From an uncultured Gemmatimonadota bacterium (GTDB taxonomy: Bacteria; GCA-2686955): 64,000 bases of DNA. Position 1 is the first letter of the stretch. The number at the start of each line of letters is the position of its first letter. The translations under genes were made by a program, and so were the position numbers. Positions 63,689 to 64,000 of this stretch are shown in pieces. The stretch spans positions 1 to 64,000 of the forward strand of contig CAZBBK010000016.1 in the NCBI GenBank assembly GCA_964490075.1, read 5' to 3'. The notes beneath the pieces are model-generated. The model was not told the DNA's origin and searched no databases. It was given only the letters and a program-made list of their open reading frames with translations.

Positions 63689-64000
63689 ATGCCCCGCCGC
63701 ATGAACCTTGGACCAAGCGTCGCGCTGACGACGATCGCCCTGGTGCTCACCCCCGCCGCGCAGGCCGCGACCATCAGCGAGACGATTCAGGCCGGCCGGG
63801 CGGCCGCCGATAACCTGGAGATCGCGCTGATCGACCCGGTGGAGAGCGGCGCCGATCGGTGGGGAGTCTTCGAGGGCTTCGAGATCGGCAGCGACGGCTT
63901 CGTGGGCGGGTTCGAGCTACCCGGCAGCTACGCGGCAGCCGGCCGGGCGCTGCTGCGCGCCTACCGGATGGGCGGCGATTTGGAGTACTTCGACGAGGCC
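63689..64000 (+). CDS. Paralog of the 61730 protein, truncated by the window end
   Basis: GGGAGG RBS; ALIDPVESGADRWGVFEGFEIGSDGFVGGFELPGSYAAAGRALL nearly identical to the upstream gene. Confidence 0.85.
   Translation, partial: MPRRMNLGPSVALTTIALVLTPAAQAATISETIQAGRAAADNLEIALIDPVESGADRWGVFEGFEIGSDGFVGGFELPGSYAAAGRALLRAYRMGGDLEYFDEA

Overview
High-GC (roughly 70% by eye) bacterial chromosomal segment, probably from a draft or metagenome assembly (100-N scaffold gap at 63431-63530). A FlgD-like 'NHPNPFNP' C-terminal domain on the S8 protease hints at an FCB-associated lineage, but taxonomy cannot be fixed from this window. Most content is housekeeping: a complete SUF Fe-S operon (Rrf2-sufB-sufC-sufD-sufS-sufU-sufT-mrp), nth, an FAD oxidase, tricorn and S8 proteases, proline dehydrogenase, proC, Fur, glycosyltransferases, an OPT transporter and a sulfatase. 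The main points of interest are: (1) a stand-alone ~1436-aa BrxC/DUF6079-like P-loop ATPase fused to a PglZ-like phosphoesterase domain, divergent from a TPR gene and without the other BREX genes; (2) a sigma54 promoter (paired enhancer sites, IHF-like site, -24/-12 box) in front of an alternative sigma70 gene, next to an NtrC-type activator; (3) a PcrA/UvrD paralog downstream of that sigma gene with eroded helicase motifs but well conserved 2B and C-terminal Tudor-like domains; (4) a tandem pair of secreted proteins with an identical 3214-bp core but different signal peptides and tails; (5) decayed DUF3857/transglutaminase, HEPN-MNT and ISL3 remnants and several 51-bp and 66-bp repeat arrays. 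All family assignments come from recognising motifs by eye, not from database searches.
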